Below are positions 61,001 through 64,000 of a stretch of DNA of 64,000 nucleotides, piece after piece (positions within the stretch are counted from its first letter, which is position 1; every line of letters starts with the position of its first letter). The position numbers were made by a program, and so were the translations under genes. The DNA lies in the NCBI RefSeq assembly GCF_041956535.1, contig NW_027192196.1, positions 328,921-392,920 of the forward strand, read 5' to 3'. The notes below the pieces were generated by a model that did no database searches, was not told the DNA's origin, and worked only from the letters and a program-made list of their open reading frames with translations. The DNA comes from Calcarisporiella thermophila CBS 279.70. Lineage: Eukaryota > Fungi > Calcarisporiellomycota.

Positions 61001-62427
61001 ATGGCGCAGCACTTACTGGAAATAACGCAATTAATGAATTTTACCAGAATAAGTGTTAAAGAGAGAATGCAAAATTCTCGAGACCATGCATCACAACCTG
61101 ACAATTCATGGCTTAATTTCACTGATAATGACAGTAATACTATAACTACTCCGGCTAATAAGCGCAAGAAAAAGCAGCTTTCCCTTTCTTCCAAAAAACA
61201 AAAGCAGAATCATACTCACACTGTTGAAGGCAAAAGCTCCAGTGTAGATTCAAATACGCAAGTCTTCTCAACGGCAGCTGAATCCTCACCATGTTATGAT
61301 ACAAGATCCGCCAGTAATACTCTCGAGCACAGATCTACTTTACTGAAGAAATCAGATATCGTTGCAACAAATCCGTTAAAGACTGAAAATCCCGCAACCC
61401 CTTTTTCGAAACCAACGCCAGATCCAAAGGGCATAGAAACTCATAAATGTACGATCCGCATGTTTCGAAGAGCGAATCCATCAGATAATATTAGAATCAG
61501 TCCCGCCATTCGGGAAGTAGCGTTACGAGCACTTGCCACGTCCAACCATGATATTCAAAATTGGCGCAGTGTACAATTTCCAGAATGGGATCCGGTTCAA
61601 AGGCTCAATATCTTACCTCCGAATAACTCAAGTACGAATAAGAGCACCAGTAGTGAAAGGTTGCCTCTTCCGGATTTTTACTTTGTAGACACAATGGAGG
61701 AAATGATAGCTGAAGCACAGCATAACAGAAAGAAAAACCAGGTTATTTCGTTCACTAACAGCCATTCTAAATTTGAAGTCGACATATGCCAGCCGTTATC
61801 AACCCGCTCACTTCAATCTCATATTTCTACAAACAAGGGCAAAGAGGCCGTTAGTGAATCAGCTATTGATGCCCCCATTTCTGCTATCTCGAAATTTTCG
61901 AAAGAAGTGGCAAAGTCATCTGATAATACGACCTCGAGCAAGAAATCGAATATAGCTGACAAGGAATCAGAATCCACGAGTTTGAATAAATCATCTGCCG
62001 CTGATACTCTTCAAAAAATGGACTTTGAAGTAGCAACTAACGAAGAGTTGTCTGGAAACTTGCCTTCAACTACATTTCCGATAGGCAGGCCAGATGGATC
62101 CTCAGCATGTTCTCAAGAGCATATGGTGAAAAGTAAGGTGACAAAGTCAAATATAGAGGGTAAATTTGTTTATCTTCGTTAATCTTTTAAACCTGGCTTT
62201 ACTAACGAATTGTGCTCTACTTCACTTCAGTAATGCATTCTGATCCTCAGCCGTCCGTATCTAAATCTTCGCGAGATAAACAGGTACCAGGTGGTCCTAC
62301 TAATGATGCAATGTCGCGCTGTCCATTATGTGATATGGAATTCCCATCGTTCATGGACAATTCAGCTATAAACAGTCACGTCGATGAGTGCTTGAATGTT
62401 ATTTATTTACAGGAGATTGACGATTAG
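61001..62427 (+). CDS. Largely disordered protein with an NLS-like stretch and a C-terminal UBZ-type zinc finger; intron ~62160-62230
   Basis: 'KRKKK' and C-terminal 'CPLCDMEFP..INSHVDECL' (C2HC ubiquitin-binding zinc finger). The start codon is uncertain. Confidence 0.7.
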
Positions 62428-62892
62428 TTCTGTTTATTTCATTATTAATTTTGTATATGCTGATCTCTTTTTTGTCGCTGTACTATTCCCTTTTACATAT
62501 TTATCTTCCATAATATCGTTTCCTTTATATTACTGCATTGTTAAATTATGTTTCTATATTTTTCTTCCACGTTAATTTCTCCCCTCGATTGAATGCCAAA
62601 TTTTCACGGCTCATTAGAGAAAAAGTTATGCACAAATGCACTGTCGAAAAAATCATGCAAATATCTCGTATTAACTCAATGTGCTTTTTTCACTCATTTC
62701 AGGTTGCTTCGATGCCAAAGATTTTCCATTTTTACTTACGAAGGCAATAACAACAATTAGCTTAACGGTTTATATTCTAACCTAACCTAAAATAGAATAC
62801 GCGACGCGCTCCGGTTTGAGTAGTAATAGGTTTCGAGCTCTCCCTCCCATTCGTTTTAGAGGTGTTTGACATACCTGGCATATAGCAGTAAA

Positions 62893-64000
<1,108 letters not shown>

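Noticed and set aside
62776-62792. CTAACCTAACCTAA telomere-like repeat near TEN1/ALG8
   Set aside because: Fewer than three units; compatible with chance in a promoter.

Overview
Gene-dense, intron-rich eukaryotic DNA. Introns are mostly 55-100 nt GT-AG with CTAAC/CTRAY branch sites, and intergenic gaps are short and AT-rich. Gene content points to an early-diverging fungus, probably Mucoromycota (inference): PacC, a Bem1-type SH3 and His2 sit alongside a MERIT40/BABAM1 homolog, a type IIC Na/K-ATPase-like pump and a U12 minor intron. About 33 protein genes can be assembled by hand, including NCR1/NPC1, a GFD2-like exonuclease, SWS1/ZSWIM7, Elongin A, an Alba-like protein, RRP40, HIS2, PPX1, an F-box protein, a degenerate bacterial-type PRTase, a Gef2-like RhoGEF, eIF3e, RPL6, PacC, BABAM1, XRCC4, TLG1/STX6, two paralogous DUF4097-like membrane proteins, a small Kex2-processed secreted peptide, an SH3-PB1 mini-Bem1, a P2C ATPase, a CobW/ZNG1 GTPase, PWP2, SLX1, TEN1, a UBZ protein and ALG8 (truncated). 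No tRNA, rRNA, CRISPR or transposase was seen. Most notable: (1) three abutting long hairpins, plus an 11-bp loop-distal complementarity, starting at the stop codon of an orphan myristoylation-motif coiled-coil gene (36648-36963); (2) an AT-AC U12 intron in TLG1/STX6; (3) a MERIT40/BABAM1 homolog head-to-head with XRCC4; (4) a Na/K-ATPase-like pump with rewired ion-binding residues (PQGL); (5) an unidentified, structured ~440-nt intergenic RNA candidate (22509-22946). All gene models and pairings were derived by eye, without database searches.
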